Translations under genes and position numbers: made by a program | Notes under the pieces: generated by a model | The model's input: the letters and a program-made list of their open reading frames with translations, nothing else | Databases searched by the model: none | Told to the model about the DNA's origin: nothing | Source of the DNA: Phycisphaerae bacterium | GTDB lineage: Bacteria; Planctomycetota; Phycisphaerae; WQYP01 | DNA: 64,000 nucleotides | Direction: 5' to 3' | Assembly (NCBI GenBank): GCA_035545015.1 | Contig: DASZZD010000032.1 | Location: 1 to 64,000, forward strand | Part shown: positions 56,540 through 64,000 of the stretch, piece by piece | Numbering within the stretch: the first letter of the stretch is position 1 | Layout: the number at the start of each line of letters is the position of its first letter

Positions 56540-57621
56540 CGCGCGCCCTCCCCCACGGCCAGTCCCACCGGCGCTGCCGGCGCCGGCTTCCTCCCGCGCG
56601 CTCCCGGCCGGCGCTTCCACAACCCGCGCCAACTGTGGCCCAGAAAATCACGCAGTTCCTGCTGCGCCACCACCGAAGGGGACGACCCCGTCAGCAGCCG
56701 CCGCAGGCGCATCAGGCTGTAACCGACAACCCACGCCGCATCCGCCGCCACCATGCCCGCCCACCCGAAGTGCTTGCGAAAATACAGTTGCCGCGACTCG
56801 AACCAGTAACGCGGCAACCGCCGCGCCGCCTTCTTCCACTCGACCCCCGACGCCTGCCCCACCAGATGCACCACGTGCGCGCTGGGAACATACCACGCGC
56901 AAAATCCCCGCCGCCGTGCACGCCGGAAAAAATCCACCTCTTCGTAATACATGAAAAACTCGTCATCCAGCAGCCCCACCTCCTCGATCACCCGCCGCCG
57001 CATCAGCACGCACGCCCCCGCCAGCCAGTCCGTCCGATGCGCTTCATCCTTTACCTCCCCATACACTTCCCACCGCCGCAGCAGCCGCGTGATTGGACCG
57101 ATGTTCGCCCCGCGCACCAGCTCCGAAATCGGCGTCGGATCCCCAAACGCCGAAAGCTGCGCCTTGCCATCCGGAAACTCCAGCCGCGGGCCCACGATGT
57201 CCACCTCCCCATGTTCCTCCAGAAACCGCCGCAGCTCGCCGAACGCCCCCGCACGCACGATCGTGTCCGGGTTCAGCAGCATCAACAGGTCCGGACCGCC
57301 CGACCCCTCCCGCGCGCCCTCTTCCAGAACCGTCCGCAGCGCCAGATTGTTCGCCCCCGCGAATCCCAGGTTCTTCTCCGACGCGATCAGCCGCACCCCC
57401 GGCCGGGCCGTCATCGCACGCAGCGCCGCCACATTCTCCGCCCCGGAGCCGTTGTCCACCACGATCACCTCGTCCCGCCCCGCATCCATCTCCCCCGCGA
57501 GCGAGTCCAGACACGCGCACAGCATCTCTGGCGTCTTGTAATGCACGATGATCACCGACAGACGCCCCTCCCGGGCGCTTCTCCCCCTCTCCGCGTATCC
57601 CTCCAGCGGCGCTGCCCTCAT
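56536..57621 (-). CDS. family 2 glycosyltransferase
   Basis: LSVIIVHYKTPEMLCACLDSL...VDNGSG..., a rhamnosyltransferase-like GT2. Confidence 0.8.
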   Translation of the reverse strand: MRAAPLEGYAERGRSAREGRLSVIIVHYKTPEMLCACLDSLAGEMDAGRDEVIVVDNGSGAENVAALRAMTARPGVRLIASEKNLGFAGANNLALRTVLEEGAREGSGGPDLLMLLNPDTIVRAGAFGELRRFLEEHGEVDIVGPRLEFPDGKAQLSAFGDPTPISELVRGANIGPITRLLRRWEVYGEVKDEAHRTDWLAGACVLMRRRVIEEVGLLDDEFFMYYEEVDFFRRARRRGFCAWYVPSAHVVHLVGQASGVEWKKAARRLPRYWFESRQLYFRKHFGWAGMVAADAAWVVGYSLMRLRRLLTGSSPSVVAQQELRDFLGHSWRGLWKRRPGARGRKPAPAAPVGLAVGEGAR

Positions 57622-59075
57622 GATGTGGCTCCATCAGGCGCGACCATCGGACCCGCCAATTCCTCACCCGAATTTATCGGCGGAAACGCCTCCGCCGGCA
57701 CAGCCCGTACGTTCGCCCGATGCGCCCGCGCCCGCGTCGGCAGATAATGCCGCATCGCCGATACCATCCCCACATCCAACAGCAGCAAGAACATCGACGG
57801 AAAGCTGTTGAACAGAAAATCGATGAATTGAATCCCCAGCACCACCGCCACCCCCGTCGCCAGCGCCTGCAAATCCGGCGTGAGCACCCGCCAATGCCGG
57901 AACGCCTTCCAGATCGCCGCGCACCAGATCAGGTACCACCCCGCCAGGCTCACGATCCCGTAGTAACAGAGCTGGATCATCCACCATTCATCCACTGCCA
58001 TGTAATCCCCCTCCCCCGTCAGCCCCTTGCGCGCCCCCTCTCCAAAAAGAATGTGGCTCCGCACCGCGTCCAGGTGGTCGCGCTCCGAACGCAGACGATA
58101 TTCCAGCGATTCGCTGCGCGCCGCATCGAAGCTGCTCGTCACCCGCAGCAGCCCCCCCGCATCCAGCACATTGAAGTACCGGCCGCCCATCCACACCAGC
58201 GCCGCCGCCGGCAGCACCCACAGCACCCAGCGGGACCGCGTGAAATACATCAACGCAAACACGCCCAGCGCCAGCCCGAACTCGCCGATCCCGGAAAACG
58301 TCATCGTCGTCATCAACCCCACCACGATCGCCCCGATCGCCGCCCAGCTCGGAACCAGCCCCCACAATGGCCGCTTGAACAGCCCCTTGAAGTGCAGCCA
58401 GCACGCCAGCGCCCCCGCCGTCGCCATGAACCCCGACACCTCGATCGCATGCTCCAGGAATACCAGCGGCCGGAAAAAGCCATACCGCGCAAACTGGCTG
58501 AACGAGTGCGGAAAATATCCGTAAATCAGCCGGTGAAGCTGCGGCGAAAAACGCCATTCCCACAGGCACGGAACCGAATAAACCACGCCCGCTCCCACAA
58601 TCACCCGCATCGCTTCATACACGTCCCCCGCCGACGTGATGAACAACCTCGCGAACACCAGCAGCGGCAAAAACCGCCGCACGCTTTCCATCGCCACGGA
58701 AAGCCCATCTTTCGGCCCCAGACCGTTCGTCATCGACGTCGCGAACAACCCCGCCGCGATCGCCAGAAACACCCCGTCAATCCAATAGAACCGCAGCCGC
58801 CGATACACATGCGGCGCGAAGATGATGCTTCCTATCAACACCCCCAGGTGGCACGCCGTGATTTTGTCGATCCGCAGCGACTGCGTGAACACGATCGATC
58901 CCGTGAAGCCGTCGGAATTCGCCACTTCCACCGGAAGCACGAGCAGGCCAATGACATAGCACAACAGAAACGCACGCGTCGGCCGCAGAAATGCGAACAT
59001 CGCAACGCAGGCGATGATCCAAAGAATCAACGCTATCTGTGGCATTCCCACAACAACGTCTCCGAAAATCACCAC
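57618..59075 (-). CDS. O-antigen ligase / Wzy-like polysaccharide polymerase (multi-TM)
   Basis: About 10-12 hydrophobic helices with a large periplasmic loop. Alternative ATG 59045. Confidence 0.65.
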   Translation of the reverse strand: MVIFGDVVVGMPQIALILWIIACVAMFAFLRPTRAFLLCYVIGLLVLPVEVANSDGFTGSIVFTQSLRIDKITACHLGVLIGSIIFAPHVYRRLRFYWIDGVFLAIAAGLFATSMTNGLGPKDGLSVAMESVRRFLPLLVFARLFITSAGDVYEAMRVIVGAGVVYSVPCLWEWRFSPQLHRLIYGYFPHSFSQFARYGFFRPLVFLEHAIEVSGFMATAGALACWLHFKGLFKRPLWGLVPSWAAIGAIVVGLMTTMTFSGIGEFGLALGVFALMYFTRSRWVLWVLPAAALVWMGGRYFNVLDAGGLLRVTSSFDAARSESLEYRLRSERDHLDAVRSHILFGEGARKGLTGEGDYMAVDEWWMIQLCYYGIVSLAGWYLIWCAAIWKAFRHWRVLTPDLQALATGVAVVLGIQFIDFLFNSFPSMFLLLLDVGMVSAMRHYLPTRARAHRANVRAVPAEAFPPINSGEELAGPMVAPDGATS

Positions 59076-59405
59076 ACGGCGGCGGGGACGGCGGACAAGC
59101 TGTCACCCCATCTGCGTCTGTTCTCCGCCAATGCGTCCGATGAGACCCCCCAACCGTCCATCGGCGAACAGCTCGCGCAGGGATTACGCGGGCCGGCAGC
59201 GATTGGCTTGCCGAATCACCCTGAGAAGCCATCTACCCCGCCGCTGCTTATCTATCTTTACCACCTTACCACCACCCGCGCGGAACCGCTCGCTCCGGTA
59301 TGCCGGTTGCACATCACCCCCCTACGCGCCGGATCGGCGAGGCCTGTGGGTGTTTGTGCGAGCCTCGTTTTTCCCCCAGTTCCCGACGCGCCGTGGGAGT
59401 TCTTC

Positions 59406-60419
59406 ATGAAAGCGGTTGTCCTTGCTGGCGGAGTTCGGTCCGGGATGGAAATCCCCGGCTCCGGATTGCCGCGGGCGCTTTGGCCCTTTCCCAAAGAGCC
59501 GCTGATCACCGCCGTTCTCTCCTTTCTGAAAGACCAGGGCGTCTCCGAGATCGCCATCTGCGCCAACGGCAAAACCAAACTCATCGCCTCTGAGCTCTCC
59601 AACGGCCCCACACCTTGGCTCGATATTCACTATTCTGAAGATCCCCTCCCACGCGGTCCCGCAGGCTGCCTCCGCGACCTCCAGGAATGGCTCGGCGACG
59701 CAACCTTCATCGCCATCCAGGCCACCGCCCATTACGATTTCGACCTGCTCGCCATGCAGCAGGATCACCGGGCATCCGGCGCGGCCATCACGGTAGGCGC
59801 CCGCGCGTGCGCCGACGATCCCCAACAGCTTGAACCCGCCGGCGTTTACCTGATTAACCCGGAAACCCTCCCTCTCATCCAGCCGGTGGGTTACCAGGAC
59901 CTCAAAGAGCAATTCCTCGCAAAAGTGATTGCCTCCGGAATGCCCGTGCAATGCCACGAGCTTCACGGAGCGGCCACGTTGATCCACTCGCCCGGCCATT
60001 ACCTCACCGCCGTCGGCCATGCTATCGAACGCTCCCTTACCGGCCTGCCCCAGGGCTATCGCGAAATCCAACCCGGCGTGGTGGCCCATGAATCGGCGCA
60101 CGTGTCCGCCAAGGCACGCCTCACCGGTCCCGTCTGGATCGATGCCGGCGCGCGAATCGACGAAGAGGCCATCCTCAGCGGTCCGGTGCTGGTCGGTCCC
60201 GGGGCGCTGATCGGTTCCGGCGCCCTGGTGCATCGCACCGTCGCCATGCGCGACAGTACGATCGAGCCGCGGGCCGAGGTTTTCTCGACCATTCTCGCCC
60301 CCAACGCCGTGCGGCGCTCCGGCCACACGATCATGGTGCGTGCTCAAGGTCTGCCCGCCGCGCGCCGAGGATTCCTCGGACGGATGCTCTCCCGCCTCTC
60401 CCCCGCGGCGGCGTACTGA
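59406..60419 (+). CDS. sugar-1-phosphate nucleotidyltransferase with C-terminal left-handed beta-helix domain
   Basis: MKAVVLAGGVRSGM... NTP-transferase G-loop. C-terminal hexapeptide-like repeats. Internal ATG of a longer spurious ORF. Confidence 0.75.
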   Translation: MKAVVLAGGVRSGMEIPGSGLPRALWPFPKEPLITAVLSFLKDQGVSEIAICANGKTKLIASELSNGPTPWLDIHYSEDPLPRGPAGCLRDLQEWLGDATFIAIQATAHYDFDLLAMQQDHRASGAAITVGARACADDPQQLEPAGVYLINPETLPLIQPVGYQDLKEQFLAKVIASGMPVQCHELHGAATLIHSPGHYLTAVGHAIERSLTGLPQGYREIQPGVVAHESAHVSAKARLTGPVWIDAGARIDEEAILSGPVLVGPGALIGSGALVHRTVAMRDSTIEPRAEVFSTILAPNAVRRSGHTIMVRAQGLPAARRGFLGRMLSRLSPAAAY

Positions 60420-60443
60420 TCCCGACCGACATCCATCCCGCAA

Positions 60444-60482
60444 AAAAAGGCCGGGACGCTTTCACGCGTCCGGTTTTTTTTT
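60444..60482. terminator. bidirectional rho-independent terminator
   Basis: aaaaaaaGGCCGGGACGCtttcacGCGTCCGGttttttttt. Confidence 0.7.
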
Positions 60483-60665
60483 ATGGGGCGCTCCCGCCAT
60501 CCACCATACCGCCGTCGCCGCGCCGGTCCCCTCATGCACTGCGGGCCGACCTGCCGATGCCAGTAAAGCCCCCCTGTTTCCAGCCATCTATCCATGGCCG
60601 ACAGCCGTACTTGGGATGACCGGACAGGTTGCCGGTGCCCCGAGTTTCCGCGCAACGAGGCGTTC

Positions 60666-62954
60666 ATGAATACGCAATCCATCGTTTCCCGCATCGAAAC
60701 GCAGAACCTTCCCCAGTGGAATGCCGGTTCCCCCGGCTTCATCGGCATGGAAGGGGCCAATCATCCCAGCGACGCGCCGCGCGGATCCCACCATTTCGGC
60801 ATGGCCATCAAGCGCTACTGGTGGCTCGTCCTGCTGCTCTGGGCCCTGGTCGCAATCCCCTCCACCATCCTCATTTTCCAGCACGTGAAACCCAAGTATG
60901 TCGCCACCGGCTCGATCAACGTCCTGCCCACGCGCCAGGACCCCGTCAGGGGCGAAACCGGGGTGAGCCCCTTCTACACCGAATATCTCCGCACGCAGGC
61001 CGAGCTGATGAAAAACCCCTACATCCTGCAGCGGGCGACGGAAGACGTCCGGCTCAAAAAGTTTGAATGGTTCCGCGACCTGCCCGACCAGGTGCGCTAC
61101 CTCCAGGATCACCTGGTGATCACCGCCGCGCCGGGAGGAACCGAAGACATCACCGTCCAGATGACGCACGAAAACGCCGAAGCCGCCACCGCCATCGTTG
61201 ATTCGGTCATCGACGCCTATTTCTTCCTGCGCAAGGACGCCGAAGACAAAAACGTCGACCAGAACCTCCAGATCGTGCGCGGCCTTGAGGCGCAGACGCA
61301 GAAGGACATCCAGGACACCCAGCGCAACCTGAACGCGCTCCTGGAAGATGCCGGCGGCGCGTGGTCCGATGAAGACCGCAAAGTGCTTGGCGAAGTGATC
61401 TCGAACGCCAAGCAGACCGTCGACAAGCTGCAAAGTGATCGCCTGAACCTGCAATCGCAGGTCGATGCCCTCAAAGACCGCAAGGACGTTTCCGAGCAGC
61501 AATACAAGGCCAGCATCAACACCGACACCGATCCGCAGATTCAGGACTGGATGAAGCAACGGATGCAACTGGTCGTGAAGGACAACGAATTGGCCACCAC
61601 GAACCATGCGACGCCCCAGCAGCGCGACCGCAAGGCCATCGCCCAGCAGATCAAGGACCTGGACGCCAAAGTGGCGGCGCGGCGCTCGGACATTCTCAAC
61701 ACGGCATGGATCACCTACGAAGCGTCGCAAGCGGTCGATCGCGACAAAAAGATGAAGGATTACCAGGCCGAACTCTCGGCGGTGGACGCCCAGATCGCGG
61801 CGCTCAACAAGCACATCTCCGAGCAGGAAGACATCGCCCGGACGATGGGCAACAAGGCGCAGCCCATCGCCGCGCTGCGCGAACACATCACCGACCTCAA
61901 GGACGCCGACAAGCGCTACGCCGACCGCATCGAGGAAATCCAGAACCAATTGCTGGCCCCCGGCCGCGTTACCCGTGAAGCCCAGACCGTGCAGCCCAAG
62001 ACGCCGAGCGTCGACGGCCGCATCAAATATACGGCCGCTGCCAACGGCGCGGGGCTGCTCCTGGGCGTCGGCGTCATGCTCATCCTCATGAAGCTGCGAA
62101 ATCGCCTCGAACATCCGGACGATCTGCCCGAAGCCTTCCAGCCGCTCGTCGTCGGCACCGTTTCAGACGCCGGCCAGTCCGTCCGCGGTCTCAATGGCCG
62201 CATGAATCGCAAGATCCTCGGCGAGGAAATGCGCCTCCTCCACGCCAACCTCCTCCCGCCCGGCCGCACCAAACGCAAAATCATGATGGTCACCTCCCCC
62301 ACGCCCGCCAACGGCAAAACCTCCATCTCCTCGCAACTTGCCGTCTCGCTCGCCAAGTCTGGCCTGGAAGTGCTCCTGATCGACGCCGACCTGCGCAAAC
62401 GCGACCTTACCAGCATGTATGATGTCGGCTTCCGCCCCGGCCTCGCGGAACTCCTGCAGGGCCAGCCGCCGGAACTCGTTCACCCCATGGAGCTCCTTCC
62501 CAACCTCCGCATCATGGGCGCCGGATCGAAACTCGACCGGAACCCCGTCGAGCTCCTCCAGCGACGCGAATTCCACGAATCCCTCAACCTCCTTCAGGAC
62601 AACTTCGACGTCATTATCGTCGATACGCCGCCCGCGCTGGTCGTCGCCGACGCCCGCCTCATCGCCCGCTCCTGCGACGAGGTCCTCTGCGTCGTGCGCA
62701 TGCAGGTTTCCAGCCCCAAGGAAGTCAACCAAACCCTCGACGCGATCTCGCGCATCACCGGCAAAACGCCCAAGATCATCATCAACGGCGTCGCTCATCG
62801 CCAAAGCTACTACAAATACAAGTTCTCCTACGCCAGCGACGGCGCGGACGACACCATCGAGCCCGATGATACCCACACCCCCACCACCGTCGAAGCCACC
62901 GCCGCGGAGGTGACCGCCGACGCCGGAGTGATCGACGCCTCGCGCAAGGGTTGA
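60666..62954 (+). CDS. polysaccharide biosynthesis tyrosine autokinase / chain-length determinant (Wzc/GumC-like)
   Basis: N-terminal Wzz domain with TM, a long coiled-coil, then the C-terminal kinase IMMVTSPTPANGKTSISSQLAVSLAKSG..LLIDADLRK..VIIVDTPPALVVADA. Confidence 0.88.
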   Translation: MNTQSIVSRIETQNLPQWNAGSPGFIGMEGANHPSDAPRGSHHFGMAIKRYWWLVLLLWALVAIPSTILIFQHVKPKYVATGSINVLPTRQDPVRGETGVSPFYTEYLRTQAELMKNPYILQRATEDVRLKKFEWFRDLPDQVRYLQDHLVITAAPGGTEDITVQMTHENAEAATAIVDSVIDAYFFLRKDAEDKNVDQNLQIVRGLEAQTQKDIQDTQRNLNALLEDAGGAWSDEDRKVLGEVISNAKQTVDKLQSDRLNLQSQVDALKDRKDVSEQQYKASINTDTDPQIQDWMKQRMQLVVKDNELATTNHATPQQRDRKAIAQQIKDLDAKVAARRSDILNTAWITYEASQAVDRDKKMKDYQAELSAVDAQIAALNKHISEQEDIARTMGNKAQPIAALREHITDLKDADKRYADRIEEIQNQLLAPGRVTREAQTVQPKTPSVDGRIKYTAAANGAGLLLGVGVMLILMKLRNRLEHPDDLPEAFQPLVVGTVSDAGQSVRGLNGRMNRKILGEEMRLLHANLLPPGRTKRKIMMVTSPTPANGKTSISSQLAVSLAKSGLEVLLIDADLRKRDLTSMYDVGFRPGLAELLQGQPPELVHPMELLPNLRIMGAGSKLDRNPVELLQRREFHESLNLLQDNFDVIIVDTPPALVVADARLIARSCDEVLCVVRMQVSSPKEVNQTLDAISRITGKTPKIIINGVAHRQSYYKYKFSYASDGADDTIEPDDTHTPTTVEATAAEVTADAGVIDASRKG

Positions 62955-63073
62955 ACCGTCATGCGCACCTTCCGCGCACACCGCTGAAACCATCCGGGCC
63001 GCCCACTCCAGCCATTTCCCGATCGCCGCGAGGCTCTGCAGCATCGGCGCTCACCTTGAGGAACTCTCACACG

Positions 63074-64000
63074 ATGACCGCCGTCACTCGCCATGTTCCT
63101 CCCGCCGACTCCCTCCGGGGCGATGCTTCCAGCGGTGCCGCCGAACTCGCGGCGGCATTGGAACGAGCCGGATTCCCCTGCGTCGTCCGCATCGCAGACG
63201 CCGAGCCCGCGGGACCCCAAACCGCCGCCCGCTTCGCCCTCCATCTCCCCCGCCCCTTGCCGCTCGATACCCTCCTCTACGCTCTCTCCGCGCTGCGCTC
63301 CGCCCGCGCAGGAGCGCTCCTCCTGACAGCAGACCGCCACGCCGCCGGCTATCGGGAGCATCTCCAATTGGATGCATCCGGCGGCCGGCGCGTCGTGGGC
63401 ATCGCGCGGCAGTTCCCTCAAAAACCTCCCGCTCAGCGCCGCGCCAAATTCCTGGCCGCTGTCTGGAAAATCGAAGGCCCGTTCCGCAACCTCCAATCGC
63501 CCGCCGCCGGACACCCCTGGCAATCCGCGCGGACGCTGGTGCGCGCCGGCCGCAAGGCCGTCTTGCGATTCCCCGCCGACCCGGCTTCCGCCGCCTATTT
63601 CGTCGGCCCGCCCGCGCGTCCGCGCCCGGTCTACCACTTCGCCAAGCGCGTCTTTGATTTTTGCTTCGCGATCTTTGCCCTGCTCGTCACGCTGCCGATC
63701 TGCGTCGTCGTCGCCGTGATCATCAAAGCATACGATCGCGGCCCGATCTTCTTCTCCCACCAGCGCGAAGGCCTCCACGGCCGGCCCTTCGGCTGCATGA
63801 AGTTCCGCACCATGGTGCGAAACGCCCACGAACTCCAGGCACACATGCGCCGGCAGAACAACGTCGACGGACCGCAATTCAAAATCGCTTATGACCCGCG
63901 CATCACGCCCATCGGCCATTTCCTGCGGAAAACCAACATCGACGAACTTCCGCAGTTCCTCAATGTCCTCGCCGGCCACATGTCCGTGGTCGGGCCCCGG
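63074..64000 (+). CDS. polyprenyl glycosylphosphotransferase (bacterial sugar transferase family), 3'-partial
   Basis: [81 protein letters not shown]. Open to the window end. N-terminal boundary uncertain. Confidence 0.75.
   Translation, partial: MTAVTRHVPPADSLRGDASSGAAELAAALERAGFPCVVRIADAEPAGPQTAARFALHLPRPLPLDTLLYALSALRSARAGALLLTADRHAAGYREHLQLDASGGRRVVGIARQFPQKPPAQRRAKFLAAVWKIEGPFRNLQSPAAGHPWQSARTLVRAGRKAVLRFPADPASAAYFVGPPARPRPVYHFAKRVFDFCFAIFALLVTLPICVVVAVIIKAYDRGPIFFSHQREGLHGRPFGCMKFRTMVRNAHELQAHMRRQNNVDGPQFKIAYDPRITPIGHFLRKTNIDELPQFLNVLAGHMSVVGPR

Noticed and set aside
57720-59405. N-terminal 560 aa of ORF 57720-60419
   Set aside because: Arg/Pro/His-rich junk translation across the divergent promoter and the antisense of the Wzy-like gene. 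The real gene starts at ATG 59406 with the NTP-transferase motif.

Overview
The window is a 64 kb high-GC (visibly about 65-70% GC) bacterial chromosomal segment with very strong third-codon-position bias. The gene content (tandem pilB-pilT-pilB ATPases, GldA/F/G-like ABC cluster plus DUF4340, LptF/G, flotillin-NfeD, ECF sigma with transmembrane C-terminal extension) suggests a PVC-superphylum-like organism, but this is a tentative call. Gene content from 5' to 3': (i) a QueD-like 6-carboxytetrahydropterin synthase, an ECF sigma / transmembrane / repeat-domain fusion protein translationally coupled to a HigA-like HTH protein, and a ParE/RelE toxin with its antitoxin; (ii) the groES-groEL operon, a pseudo-receiver protein, a cyclophilin PPIase and recQ; (iii) a decayed lower-GC island holding a truncated DNA methyltransferase, a frameshifted gene and an IS transposase fragment; (iv) a lipoprotein, pilB-pilT-pilB, two convergent SOD genes (one divergent paralog), putA, flotillin/nfeD, a HAD hydrolase, a vapBC remnant and an RND efflux pair; (v) a thioredoxin-domain YyaL-like gene, gldA/F/G-like genes with DUF4340, lptF/G-like permeases, a TolC-like OMF, rpmB and gatC-gatA; (vi) a roughly 12.5 kb Wzy/Wzc-type polysaccharide biosynthesis cluster running off the 3' end. 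Most interesting observations: a family of STRR-like heptanucleotide tandem-repeat elements, often as paired inverted clusters, at 11 or more loci both intergenic and in-frame inside recQ, putA and the thioredoxin-domain gene; a conserved inverted repeat pair at the 5' ends of recQ and putA carrying SD+ATG and Pro-rich N-terminal coding modules; sharp blocks of G-ending versus C-ending codon usage suggesting mosaic or foreign origin, including a switch inside one gene at a heptamer repeat. No rRNA, tRNA or CRISPR array was found.
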